Positions 12,001 to 21,828 of a stretch of 47,063 nt of DNA are shown piece by piece. Source of the DNA: Halocafeteria seosinensis (lineage: Eukaryota); NCBI GenBank assembly GCA_001687465.1, contig LVLI01000287.1, positions 1-47,063 on the forward strand, in the 5' to 3' direction. The notes under the pieces are model-generated. The model saw only the letters and a program-made list of their open reading frames with translations. It was not told the DNA's origin and ran no database searches. A program made the translations under genes and the position numbers. The number at the start of each line of letters is the position of its first letter. Within the stretch, counting starts at the first letter, position 1.

Positions 12001-15000
12001 TCCAAGTATTCAAACGTAGGAACGTTGGAAACCTGTACTTCGTCGCTCTGCATGCACTCTGCATTTCCCCCCTTTTTTACTCCTTGTGGAGTAAACGTCA
12101 CTTTATCCTCGTCAAAAACAATGGCAGTCGAGAGGGTATGAGAGTTGTTCAAGCTTGATAGAGGAAATATAAACAAAAGCATATTGGTAAAACCCAACAA
12201 GGCTTCGTACTGACTCTTAGCAAACACTGGATCATCTGTAAACACCATAACTGTTGTCTGAGGACTTCTATCAAGTTCGAGTGTCTCATACAACTCCTGA
12301 ATTCGCCGACATAGCGGAGCTCTTGTCGCACGATGTCTGCTCGAATGTGTCACTACCAGGCAGCATGGTAGTAGTCTTGCTGGAGACACCCCATCATCAA
12401 AAAAAAGACCAACATGAGTTTGATCAATCATATTCCACGTCTCATTCCATTGCATTTTATCAAGTAACGGCATAGAGACAGACGAACCAACTGCGAGAAT
12501 TCTATACCGCTCGGGTCCGCAAAAATGTCGGAGAGTTGCAAACATATGCCTCTCACCATAGAGGAGCAGTAAATCCCAAAACTCCCGATACTCCCAAGGG
12601 CGAAGGCTGGAGCGAATTGTTTTGGCTCGGATAAGTTTTTGTTCCACAAACAGACCCGAACAATGCGGTAACGTGATAGAAACACAACAATGTTCAAAAT
12701 TGATACCAAATTCACTCTCATCTACTTCCGCCTCCCCATTGTTCACACATTCCTCAATTAGGTTCCAAGACTCTCGATTCCGACGTACATCCATCGGTAT
12801 ACCAAATTTTAACCCCTCAATTCTCGGTATTACACTCATTTGTTGTATACTTTGCTCAGCTCGCAATGCTAAGAGCGATCTATTTTTCTCCTTTAGCTTT
12901 CTTAAAATGCGTTTGGCAACGTTTGAGTCAAAGACAGTCAACTCCTGTACCCATCTTGTACTCGGTCCACAAGAAATATCCTCCTCCTCAATTTTGACGG
13001 TGTTAACCACTGCCCTTAGCTCCGATACGTCACGCTGTTTCAACTGCGGGAACATGTTCGAAAGCGCTTCCTGTACCCACTCTTTCACCAACTCCTTCAA
13101 TTCCTCTGGATTTGCAGGGAACGGAAGCAACGATAGGTTATCCGCAACGCCTATACAAATTTCCGTCTTTTGCCCAGTTGACAACAGCTGTGGTATGTAC
13201 TCTCTAAAAATGTTCTTAATAAAATTCCCATCGGTGTTATCTGGCTCATACCACGGGAAGAACTTGAATTCCTGTGCACTTGATTCGGGAGTGTACTCTT
13301 CACCCAGTCTCAGAGAGTCGTACACAATTTGTGCATTGATGCTACGGGACCAGCCATGCAACGGTTCAGTCTCCAAACAGGTCACAAGTTTGTCTGGTTG
13401 ATATTCCACGGAGAAAGCTCCTGAGCGTACAGACACACGCTCCAACGGTGGTCGTCTCGTCCCCTCTACGCCAATCGCCGCGAAGAACTGCATTGTACCA
13501 TCAACACTTGTTTTGAGGATTTTCATAATGTAGTCTTCCTGGGGGTCGTCTCCAATTGTCTCCCTTTCAAACATACGTAGCTTGGTCATTATATCCCGAA
13601 TTTTGGCTTGAAGACTTTGTTCGCTCTCATAGCCATTATTTGTGTCGGCATTTTTCCACAGAGGCTGAAGCTTGAGTTGATTTGCACGTTCCAAATATTT
13701 TACGCCGATCACAATGACACCGCCACCAGAATAAATGATGGCTTCTACCAGTTTGCTTAAGTCCTCTTTGGCTGGACCGGCGTTAAGCGTTGTAGCCCCA
13801 GAATCACGTGGCCACCAAAACCATTTCTCTTGCTCTGTCGCCAATGTCGTTGCATTGGAAGAGAAAACACCGTTCTCAGCTTTAGTGTTCTCAATATATT
13901 GCAGACAGGTTTGGACTGCATTCGGAACATCCATCGTGCTCTCGACTAGAGTACAAGTAGCACTGTTTTGGCTTGAAGTAATAAAGACTCTGTGTGACGA
14001 GAAATACCTCTGTATTTCGTAATATTCACGTTAGTTCAATACCTTGTACAGTATTGTAGTGTATGTTAAAATGACATAAGTATTCAATATATTACGCTTC
14101 AAGCACGGCCATCAATGCAACGATAGCCCTACAACACTGTATCCACCTTCCCCCCAAAGCCTTTTTGTTTGCTGTCCCTTACCGTCGGAAGTTACCGATG
14201 CCACAACATGAAGATGCTGGACCGGTTCCGGGTAGGGTTCACCCCTCACACAGCGTACACGTCTTCCGGTAAGAGCAATACCAATACACACATACATATG
14301 GTTGCCAACGACGACGCGGTTATCACTACGATGGATTCCATCGGATGGAAGCACGAATTATAATTCGAGTACGTTATATCCGAGGGACAAATATGTAGCA
14401 ACTCTTGTTTCTTTTTTTCTTTTTTTTGGCGCAAGAATATCGACTGTAGAAACCGCGAAATGTCAGGGAGACTATCGTACATTCGTGGCGGACTGATGCT
14501 GATCGTTGTGCCCACTGTAGACAACCTAATATGTAACATAGTAGCACACACACACATATGTGACAGATAGCCCACTGGCATACACCAGCTGCGAAGCGGA
14601 CGACGCTAGATAAGTAAGCGCTGAGCAGCCTGGCAGCCCTTGGCCATGGACATATGTGTGTATTCAACTAGTAGACAACTACCTGCGGTCTATCAACCTG
14701 GAAACTCATTGTTGTAACGACGCACATTGGGACGCACATCCGGATCGTGCCGGTTTTGACTGGGACCTATTGATGAAGCAACCGTTCTACGACACCCGCG
14801 TGAGCCACAGCTGAACTACAGTACTGCGTGGTTTATTGTTTTGGTTTGGGAGACATCTTGACTTCCTCATCCTTGCGAAACACTTTGGCCACACACACAA
14901 ATGTGACAGATAGCCCACCGGCCGGGAAGTTGACCACTTTGGCCTGCGTTGGCTACGGAGCGCACCTCTGCCGCCTCATGCTTAGTAGTATTTATGGCCT

Positions 15001-16497
15001 ACCGGCTAAGTGGAAATGTAGTCATGCTTTGCTGTTAGCGAACCGTAGCTTAAATATGAGTAGCACGGACTTATACGTCCTTGCACTAGCGATGATGAAA
15101 TCAACTGCGTTGGCCTGCGGTCTACATTTGCGTCCAGCTAGTGCAACAAGCAACAGGCGTGGCTGCGTCATACTGTGGAAGCCTTGTCCAAAACACGCAT
15201 AGCAACCCGATTCATACTTTCTCGAATTGTTCTAGCTCAAAACGTGACCGATGAGGTTTTGGCAAGAACTGGAAGGTGTTTTGAAATACGAAAAACTGTT
15301 TGGCTATGTTTCCACCGGGGATACGAAACGACCAAGGCATTCCTCCCATTGATGAAGTTGCAACGAGGGGCATGTGTTTGACTTGGGATGCGGCGTTGGC
15401 GGTGGAGACTTTGAAATGGCTCGGAAATACAAAGTTTAGTCGTAATAGAAAGTTGTGCTATTTCACTGGAGCACTGATGTACTACAATGTTTGTTGATTT
15501 CAATCCACAGTGTCCGTTCTTGCGATTGACCTCTCTGCCAACACGTTAAAGGTTGCGGCCAGCCGAGCACGAGAAGCCATGGCTGACGGGGAAGACATTG
15601 ACGTAGAATTCAAAGAAATGGATGCAACAACAACCCAATTTGGTGATGAGAGTTTTGACGTCATTTACTCTAGGGATACTATCTTGCACATTGAGGATAA
15701 GCACGATTTGTTCCGCAAGTGCTACCGCTGGTTGCGTCCTGGTGGACGAATCCTCATCAGTGACTACTGTCGAGGCGAAAACAGTGATGAAGAATTTCGC
15801 GAATATGTTAAGCAACGAGGATATCATCTTCTCACAGTGCCGCAATATGGAAAGGTATTGGCAGAATCTGGATTCCAGTACGTGGATGCGAGAAACGTCA
15901 CCGATCTATTCACTGAGAGTTTGCGTCGGGAACTCAACAAAACCGAACAACTGAAGGACCAGTACATAAGGTAAGATCACCGATTTCGATGTGCATAATG
16001 CTTCTTACTAATGGGATAATCGTTTATTTTTTTCCTCCAGTGACTTCGGTGAGGAAGGCTTCAAGAGCATCACTGACGGGTGGAAACGAAAGCTCCAACG
16101 CTGTGAAAAACATTTCCAACAGTGGGGACTCTTCATCGGATACAAACCTCCTTTACCGAAAGAAACACATTGGGACATCCCAGATTCCAAACTGCCAGGT
16201 AAACGGGAAACTGTCGACCATCCAAACGCTGGAAGACCAGTAAAATCTTATTTCTGCTGCAACGAGGAGATTCGACGCCAGGCCATAGTAGGAGGAGCAA
16301 TCGCAGGCCTTGGAGTGCTCACACTAACTGTAAGCCTAATGAAGGACGAATCGGGTCAGAGGCGTGGAATCTGTGGAGGGTTCAAACACTTAGGCCGCTC
16401 AATTAAGAGCTTATTCACGGGCTCATCTGCCCCTTCTGGACCAAGCAATGGTAGTCCACGTATGCCTCCTCGTGGCGGTACCCGTCAGTACCGTTAG
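6041..16497 (+). CDS. PMT: Split RanBP1-like domain / phosphoethanolamine N-methyltransferase (PMT-2/plant MT2-type) fusion gene; reconstructed 539 aa
   Basis: Exon 1 6041-6265, exon 2 6350-6827, exon 3 6901-7360 (duplicated at 15511-15970); exon 4 is intact only at 16041-16497. Motifs [82 protein letters not shown] and [15 protein letters not shown] match the second MT domain of plant PEAMT and nematode PMT-2. Confidence 0.85.
7500..7522 (-). mobile_element. 23-bp 3'-end retro-insertion, (TG)n-tailed family
   Basis: CACACACACACATATGTGACAGA is absent from paralogous copy B. Flanked by a 9-bp TSD, CTATGAAAA/CTGCGAAAA; the empty site in copy B reads CTGTGAAAA. Confidence 0.85.
7841..7879 (+). 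mobile_element. 39-bp 3'-end retro-insertion, (TG)n-tailed family
   Basis: TTCCCGGCCGGTGGGCTATCTGTCACATTTGTGTGTGTG with 7-bp TSD TACCAAA (7834-7840 / 7880-7886); absent from copy B. Confidence 0.9.
8027..8324 (+). repeat. ~150-bp tandem duplication of the PMT-LRR intergenic sequence
   Basis: Units 8027-8177 and 8178-8324 (TACTTTAATAYACAATAAGCACCAAAACACTAGATTTGACCAGC...CAACAAAAGKATTG); copy B has a single unit at ~16538-16688. Confidence 0.9.
8355..8480 (+). pseudogene. Truncated 5' fragment (42 codons) of the LRR gene
   Basis: Near-identical to 16719-16844 (one substitution), then homology stops abruptly at the duplication breakpoint. Confidence 0.9.
8597..9360 (-). mobile_element. Degenerate longer member of the (TG)n-tailed retroelement family, with chromodomain and possible GIY-YIG remnant
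   Basis: The 3' end (8597-8725) matches the 179-bp copy at 32244-32422 apart from an internal deletion. Upstream frames give [34 protein letters not shown] (chromodomain pattern) preceded, via a 1-nt frameshift, by [13 protein letters not shown]...[17 protein letters not shown] (weak GIY-YIG C-terminal pattern). The 5' boundary is approximate. Confidence 0.65.
10242..13934 (-). CDS. Intronless SAMD9-like protein: two Schlafen/AlbA_2 domains + degenerate STAND-like NTPase + helical C-terminus (1230 aa)
   Basis: Domain 1: [20 protein letters not shown]. Domain 2: [11 protein letters not shown]...EICIGVAD...RWVQELTV. Then RYRILAVGS...KMQW, and [10 protein letters not shown]...VDRTVTSTL...[20 protein letters not shown], resembling the SAMD9 FYRGG...VKRD...IHLYHHPGCGGTT segment. 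Similarity is judged by eye from recalled family motifs. Confidence 0.65.
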   Translation of the reverse strand: MDVPNAVQTCLQYIENTKAENGVFSSNATTLATEQEKWFWWPRDSGATTLNAGPAKEDLSKLVEAIIYSGGGVIVIGVKYLERANQLKLQPLWKNADTNNGYESEQSLQAKIRDIMTKLRMFERETIGDDPQEDYIMKILKTSVDGTMQFFAAIGVEGTRRPPLERVSVRSGAFSVEYQPDKLVTCLETEPLHGWSRSINAQIVYDSLRLGEEYTPESSAQEFKFFPWYEPDNTDGNFIKNIFREYIPQLLSTGQKTEICIGVADNLSLLPFPANPEELKELVKEWVQEALSNMFPQLKQRDVSELRAVVNTVKIEEEDISCGPSTRWVQELTVFDSNVAKRILRKLKEKNRSLLALRAEQSIQQMSVIPRIEGLKFGIPMDVRRNRESWNLIEECVNNGEAEVDESEFGINFEHCCVSITLPHCSGLFVEQKLIRAKTIRSSLRPWEYREFWDLLLLYGERHMFATLRHFCGPERYRILAVGSSVSMPLLDKMQWNETWNMIDQTHVGLFFDDGVSPARLLPCCLVVTHSSRHRATRAPLCRRIQELYETLELDRSPQTTVMVFTDDPVFAKSQYEALLGFTNMLLFIFPLSSLNNSHTLSTAIVFDEDKVTFTPQGVKKGGNAECMQSDEVQVSNVPTFEYLDKPVVEDHMIGDIFRFLSGETPLTAQLLGRQDRVDVDRTVTSTLCELFSNRLVSMQQRQCKYGEMHLSRIVMRCGLRTAVMRALDTTIRGTLSDYFLQVTVRHVNKRTEINDILAIQYKEAHAYVFLCQKMLFHEARAKLTARLPSEARVLLVSLNDAPFRDDDAVFTPVLSIDEMSNMLSVLRAWFPSSTDALSVLQREIDSNRSDPWLRTNYSAVLTALRGRCCLLQPVIQHLCDGEDKFVLFVERLSIIELFMGGFDHSSHGFSSTQTLIKELRSDLGSYGRLGMGLLVRNDWARRIHPFLHPVGTMGILRHVCWKRLTQAVTRFLIQFPIITDRLLIRYKARYDDKLSHLIEILFHRDMNGAYELLDLAIRTNQTLQQPTGVLCVQLSKLILLASEEFSASIDKLCLLYHAYRPAHDAGGEQDEKTFFHFCYVGLCMCYVAATDNLVVEVAKKLINTLCQDINTLPFLGPAYTQVVHNQLELRKQQAEVLRSWFESEEEILVDSYFEKHNVNGQVLPRNSRRSTSSDTFTAQWLDDICPCLRPNGLQELKKTVVSQWRYLGARNDGFLAEPVVREWLRSTND
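14545..14579 (-). mobile_element. 35-bp 3'-end retro-insertion, (TG)n-tailed family
   Basis: CACACACACACATATGTGACAGATAGCCCACTGGC; no clear TSD. Confidence 0.8.
14891..14934 (-). mobile_element. 44-bp 3'-end retro-insertion, (TG)n-tailed family
   Basis: ACACACACAAATGTGACAGATAGCCCACCGGCCGGGAAGTTGAC with perfect 10-bp TSD CACTTTGGCC (14881-14890 / 14935-14944); 3-nt microhomology (CAC) at the 5' junction. Confidence 0.93.
15268..15434 (+). pseudogene. Decayed remnant of PMT exon 2
   Basis: No upstream exon or start. Deletions of 6, 1 and 2 bp relative to 6652-6827. Splice donor GT->TT at 15435; the intron branch-site-like TACTAAT has become TACTACAAT. Confidence 0.9.
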
Positions 16498-16844
16498 ACG
16501 CGTTTTGGCAAGTCAAGTTGGTTTGTTTCATGTCTAAACTACTTTAATACACAATAAGCACCAAAACACTAGATTTGACCAGCAGACATGTAGTTGGATC
16601 TTCAAGCCTGATTCACAAGGGGTGTGTGTGTGAAAATTAATTTTTTCTTTCATGGACCATGGTATTGTTCATTTCAACAAAAGGATTGTCGTCGAGTACA
16701 TGAAGAGCAGAGTGAACAATGAGTAACGCTGTTAGTACCACCCAGCTGGGGGAGGAGTGGCTCACTTTCTTGGCATGGTGGAGTGAGTTTTGTGAAGACG
16801 ATGTTGCACAGATGTTGCAATCTGGTTTAGGAGCCGTATGCAAG
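15268..16844 (+). repeat. Direct segmental duplication, copy B
   Basis: Paralogous to 6652-8480. 15634-15926 is identical to 7024-7316 (293 bp, offset 8,610). Confidence 0.97.
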
Positions 16845-18293
16845 CCGATCCGGCAGGCGATCCTCGGTTTATACTGGCCCAAGACGCGATTCCGTGTGTT
16901 TCACAAGTCGACGAAGCAGATCAAATGGCACCGCCTTAAAATTTTACGAGACCTCATGCCACACTTCCAGGGGACAGTTGTTATTAATGGAATAATACCG
17001 AGTGCGGACGCGGCGCAGTGCCTCGAGTATGCACGGAAAGTATGTTTCGATCACAGCCTGAAGTTTCACAGGCCGATGATACATCTTGAAGGATGCCAGT
17101 ACTTATCCAACGTGGAAGTCCTTTCGGCCGAACGGGTATCTCTCCCGCAGGGAGGATTTGCCTACCTGGAGAACCTCAAAGAGGCTAACCTTCGTTCATG
17201 CAAAACTGGTTTGGACGATAATGCGTTTCCTTCATTCAAAGGAGTGGCCAAACTCAACATATCCGATTGCAATCAGGAGAATATAACCAGTGACGGATTC
17301 TGCCATTTGTCGTCCCTAACTTCCCTCTCCATGATGTCCTGCGATCAAACAACCATTGATGACTCGGCGTTTGCACACCTTCCACAACTAGTGGAACTGC
17401 GAATGAATGGCTGCAAGCAAGAAACAATTACCGATGCTTTGTTTGAGCACCTTCGGAGCCTAACCTATCTATCGATTAGAGGGTGCACACAAGTGACACT
17501 AACTGACGGTGCGTTCGAGCACTTTGGACAGCTACTTGTTTTAGAGATGGACCTGTGCAGACAACCGCAAATCACCCAGGAGGCATTCATTTACTTGTCG
17601 AATTTAACTAAGCTAAGCATGAGTGGATGTAATCAAGAGGGTATCACGGATGTTGCATTCAAACACCTGAGATCTTTGAAAGACTTAAACATTAGCTCAT
17701 GCCCACAGTTGTCTGAAAACGCTTTTCAGTGGCTGAGTAATCTCACTCGGTTGGAAATGCGAAACCTTCGCCAAAATGGTATATCCGATAGATGCTTCGA
17801 ACACCTCAAGAATGTGCGATCTTTGGACCTAGGCTTTTGCTCCCAGGATGCCATCACGGATCAGGCGTTTGAGCACTTGACGACACTGGATACTTTGTCG
17901 ATTCGTGGTTGCAAGCAGAATACCATAACGGACAATGGATTCCGGCATCTATCAAAGTTGCAGGCATTAAACATGAGTGGATGTAACCAACGCACTATCG
18001 GCAACGAAGCATTTCATTATTTGAGTCAGCTGAAAGAGCTGGATATGTCTGAATGCAACCAGGGAGGCATTACAGACACTGCGTTTACCCACTTACATAA
18101 CTTAACAAAACTCGAAATGAAGAGTTGCACCCAAAGCACTATTACAGACGCTGGACTTGAGGAGCTCGCAAGAAATGCCATCTCTCTCCGACACCTCGAT
18201 GCAAGCGGGTGTCTCCAGAGCAGTGTTACTCGAGAGGGCTTTTCGCGCTTCCGTAACCTCATAACATTTCGAGTCCCAGTAACTAAGAAGTAA
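16719..18293 (+). CDS. Cysteine-containing leucine-rich repeat protein (AMN1/FBXL-type LRRs)
   Basis: More than 12 repeats of ~26 aa, LxxLxxLxMSGCxQxxITDxAFxH; single open exon of 524 aa. Confidence 0.9.
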   Translation: MSNAVSTTQLGEEWLTFLAWWSEFCEDDVAQMLQSGLGAVCKPIRQAILGLYWPKTRFRVFHKSTKQIKWHRLKILRDLMPHFQGTVVINGIIPSADAAQCLEYARKVCFDHSLKFHRPMIHLEGCQYLSNVEVLSAERVSLPQGGFAYLENLKEANLRSCKTGLDDNAFPSFKGVAKLNISDCNQENITSDGFCHLSSLTSLSMMSCDQTTIDDSAFAHLPQLVELRMNGCKQETITDALFEHLRSLTYLSIRGCTQVTLTDGAFEHFGQLLVLEMDLCRQPQITQEAFIYLSNLTKLSMSGCNQEGITDVAFKHLRSLKDLNISSCPQLSENAFQWLSNLTRLEMRNLRQNGISDRCFEHLKNVRSLDLGFCSQDAITDQAFEHLTTLDTLSIRGCKQNTITDNGFRHLSKLQALNMSGCNQRTIGNEAFHYLSQLKELDMSECNQGGITDTAFTHLHNLTKLEMKSCTQSTITDAGLEELARNAISLRHLDASGCLQSSVTREGFSRFRNLITFRVPVTKK

Positions 18294-18959
18294 GAATCTA
18301 CGAGTTGACAGTCTCGGTAATGGAATCAAAGCATCATGTATCTTCTTTAGAATAATGTCCGCCAAAGATCCTCGACGAAGTCTGTTGGAATACTGAGTGT
18401 GACGGCAGTGACATTCCTAGCAGTACTCCATCAACTGGTAATAAACTACTACCTAGTAATCATGCCACAATCGCAGACCCCTTTCCGACGATAGTTTCCG
18501 TCTTCCCCAGTCAAACCATCAGTTAGCGGTGTTTTTGTAGGAACATCGGAAATTTAGCCACCACGCATCACTTTTTGACAGTTAGTTGTCCATAAGTGGG
18601 ACCCTTACTTAGTGGGTCCGGTTGCCAACTTGCCATTTGCAGCAAATGGTTTGCTGATTCCTGAACTTCACGGCATCCTGCTTCACAAAGTGCAAATGTC
18701 TTCGCTTGGGCACGTTAACGACAATTCCCCCACGATTGCCAACATGGCATACTTGTATCCCTCAATCTATCCAAGAGGAAGCGATTGTGTCTTACCACTT
18801 CACTAGTGTGATAGGAAAGTAGTTTGATCCCTTACTGGGAGGCTGGTGTTAACGGCCTTCCATTTGCGACCGCCCACGCTACATGGTTAACCGCCAGTTC
18901 CAAAGCAACCCTTTAAGATAATCTCGCAGGTTGCTTACGTCGCCACCAACTAGTTGAAC

Positions 18960-20715
18960 ATGTCAATGAGCTCGCGATCGTCTACGGGCGACAGTCGCCG
19001 TGGTAGCCGGACAAGAAGGACATCAACACACTCCTCTCCTGCTAGGAAGTCCAATCTGAAGACTAGCAGCCAAAGGGCAACACAATCGGGACCGTCGTCG
19101 TCTTCCATACACGGTGGCCTTCCCGAAGAACTATGGACCTCACCGACCATTGGCAACAGGAGTCGTTCGGCGTCCCAGAAAGTCCCCAGAGCTGAGAAAC
19201 ACCGAGGTAATTCAAACAGTTTTTCGACTACGTTTTCTGCAAGAAGTGGGGACATCACGTATACTGGATCTACGTCAGCAGAAGGCGCTGTATTCACCTA
19301 CACCAAAACCGCCGCTGCTGACAGGTATTCCTCTTCTGCAGCTCGTCCTCCTAGAGAACCTCACCGATCGGTAAGCGCCGTTCGGCCAGGAACTTCCCAA
19401 GCGGCCAGCTATTATACGTCCGATCAGCAGCCTTCCAAAGAATCAGAATTCACTCAAGAGCGTCTGAAATCAATGAGTGATAACGATATAGACAACATTG
19501 TCTCCAAAGTTACAGAAATGTTTTCTGGGGCAGGACCGGCGAGGACCTCTCTGCAATCCGGCGAGAGCTCCCGGCAGTATAACGAAGAAAGCAAGGGCTA
19601 TGAGCATACGAGAGATAGTGATAGACATGCAACCTCGGCAAAACACAAAGTAGAATTTGCTCCGGGTAGCTTTAAGGAGCATCACTCGTCTACGGCCAAC
19701 GTCGGAAGAAGCCGCAGAACAGAGCCCTCCGGAATGGAAGCGTCCCCTCCTTACACGTACAAAGATATTTCACCAGAATCGTCCGTTACGGACAGTCAAT
19801 CTGAACTAAGTGCAGAACCGAATGACCACGGAAGTAGCGACGAGCGTGAGAATTTTTCTCACGGTCTTCCCGCTCGCTCACAGAGGACCCGTCCTGACAC
19901 TCGACAAGTACGCTCCGGTGGTAGCACGTCTAAACGTCCCTTCAATACGAAACGAAAGAGCGGAAAGAAAAAGCCGAAACAGGATGTAACCCCTGTTACT
20001 GATGCTTATGCTCCTAGTGGAGTCGATACCGACCGTGACCCGAACGAACAAATGTACCGTTTAATGAAGCTGCACAGCACAGAGGTAAAGAATTTGAAGT
20101 CGAAACACAAGTCTGAAGTGAATCGAATCAAAAGTTAGTATATTGTTAGCGAAACCTAGAACCGATATTACTAAGCGTGTTTCCTTGTTCTTCGCAGAAT
20201 ACTACAAGGAAAAACTTAGGTCTCTCCAGGAGCGGCAGAAAGAAGTTGATGAAATGAACGCGTCGTACTTTGCACGGATGCAGACAAAATACGAGCAGCA
20301 AATCCAACGGTTGAAAAAGCTGCTGGAAAATGAGACGGAAAGATTGAATCAAGCAAGAGCTGCACTTGTCCAGACAGCTCAGATTCAAACTGGAGAAGAC
20401 CATGATACCGGCGAAGCAGAAGAATGGACAACTGCCAAGAGCCGCGCAACGCCTAGTGTCAGTGCGGAGCATTTGATTCAGGAACTTACAAAGAAAGTAA
20501 CTAGTCTACAGCGAGCTGTAAAACGAAAAGACAGTGAGCTGTCACAGATGCAACGGAAACTTGCTGACAATCACAAGAGAGTCAAGTCGCTCTCCGAAGA
20601 AAACCAGCAGTTAAAGCAACCGTCACTAAGAGAACGTCAGTATCAACACGAGCTTTCAGAGATGAAAGAGCAATTGGCGAATTTGCGAAGAATTGTTTAT
20701 GGTAAATCCTTCTAA
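18960..20715 (+). CDS. Ser-rich disordered protein with C-terminal coiled coil, function unknown
   Basis: ORFs 18954-20138 and 20143-20715 are joinable by an intron ~20133-20198 (GTTAGT...TTCGCAG); heptad-rich C-terminal half. A further short 3' exon is possible. Confidence 0.65.
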
Positions 20716-21159
20716 GCCCCAATTTCGCGGAAGTGAAGCCCCATGCTGACGGAAGGCACCGCCGTCTAAATGACGGCGGAATCGTAGGTGTAACAGGTTC
20801 ATAGAACTTACGGATAGGAATTAAAGCTGGTAAGTTAAGAGTCGTGCTACAACTGGCTGTAGAAGAATCTGAGTAGATAAATTGCCACAATGGATATTTT
20901 GAAATTCCGTGTTTGATACGTACTTATAAAATCAGAACATGAGAAAACCACTACTAGGTGACCACAAATTCTTTCCAACTTGAACTTTTTTTTTCGAACT
21001 AGTTGTGAAGCAGTCTCTGTCTTGACGTACAGAACCCCACGAGCCTCAGGATCGGCGGCTGCTCGGAACTCAATAGATACACAGACATCTAGCAGACCCG
21101 CTTCAGGCACACAGAGGTGATTCTGTCAAGCAAGGAGAAGCAGTAGAAAGTCGTGCATA

Positions 21160-21714
21160 ATGGTGTATGTGACGGCGAGTGGGGACGGTACGTGCTTGTT
21201 TCATGGCTTACAAAGGTACAGACTTCATAATGTTGTTACCATGGGAGTATGCAGTGATCCCAGATAATGACCCTCGTGCCAAACAAAGGCGGCAACCAGG
21301 GGGCTCGTCGCCCCAGCAGAGCTCACGAGGCTTCATGAGCTCGTCCAACATGTTCCACGGAGGAGCTTCGGGAAGCGGCGGTACAGGGACTAATACACAA
21401 GCACCCGCTCCACGGGGACAAGGAGGCGCAGGCGGAGCGGGAGGGGAAGGCTTTGTAGATAAAATAGCCCGCATGATTGGAGTGCATGGCATGGCGATAA
21501 CGTCTCCAGCAAGTACGTACGGGGTTCTGACTGGTACCCAACGACCTACGTGTATTTTATTGTATTGTTTGGTGCAGTGTTTGGACTGCCCCAAACGGAG
21601 ATTCCTTTGATATACTTCATTTTTATTGGTATTGGACTCTTATTTTTCGGCTGGAAAGCACTCCTCATTGGAGTGCTATTTTTGTTCTTCTTCATTTCCA
21701 ACCAAGCTCATTGA
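21160..21714 (+). CDS. Small membrane protein, FAM241 (DUF4605)-like, 3 exons
   Basis: Spliced reading: MVYVTASGD/VIPDNDPRAKQRR..., a Gly-rich linker, then FVDKIARMIG.../MFGLPQTEIPLIYFIFIGIGLLFFGWKALLIGVLFLFFFISNQAH*. The N-terminal GxIxxDxDPR motif and C-terminal hydrophobic hairpin are typical of FAM241. Confidence 0.65.
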
Positions 21715-21828
21715 CGGTACAGAAAACGCTATATTAGCGGGCTACGATAATGTTGTGGTGTGAAGGTACCAGAGATACATTACACTTGCGTTTTCGGGAG
21801 AGATATTTTGTTATGCGTGAACGGACGT

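Noticed and set aside
12622..13401. 259-aa plus-strand ORF and other long antisense ORFs
   Set aside because: Shadow frames of genuine opposite-strand genes, with no motifs of their own.
14650..14661. ACATATGTGTGT (and ACACACATACATATG at ~14286-14300) as further family copies
   Set aside because: Too short, mismatched just beyond the core and without a TSD; cannot be supported.
20759..20779. Perfect 8-bp hairpin CCGCCGTC-taaat-GACGGCGG
   Set aside because: Single short stem in a probable intron or UTR of a eukaryotic gene; no other support for function.
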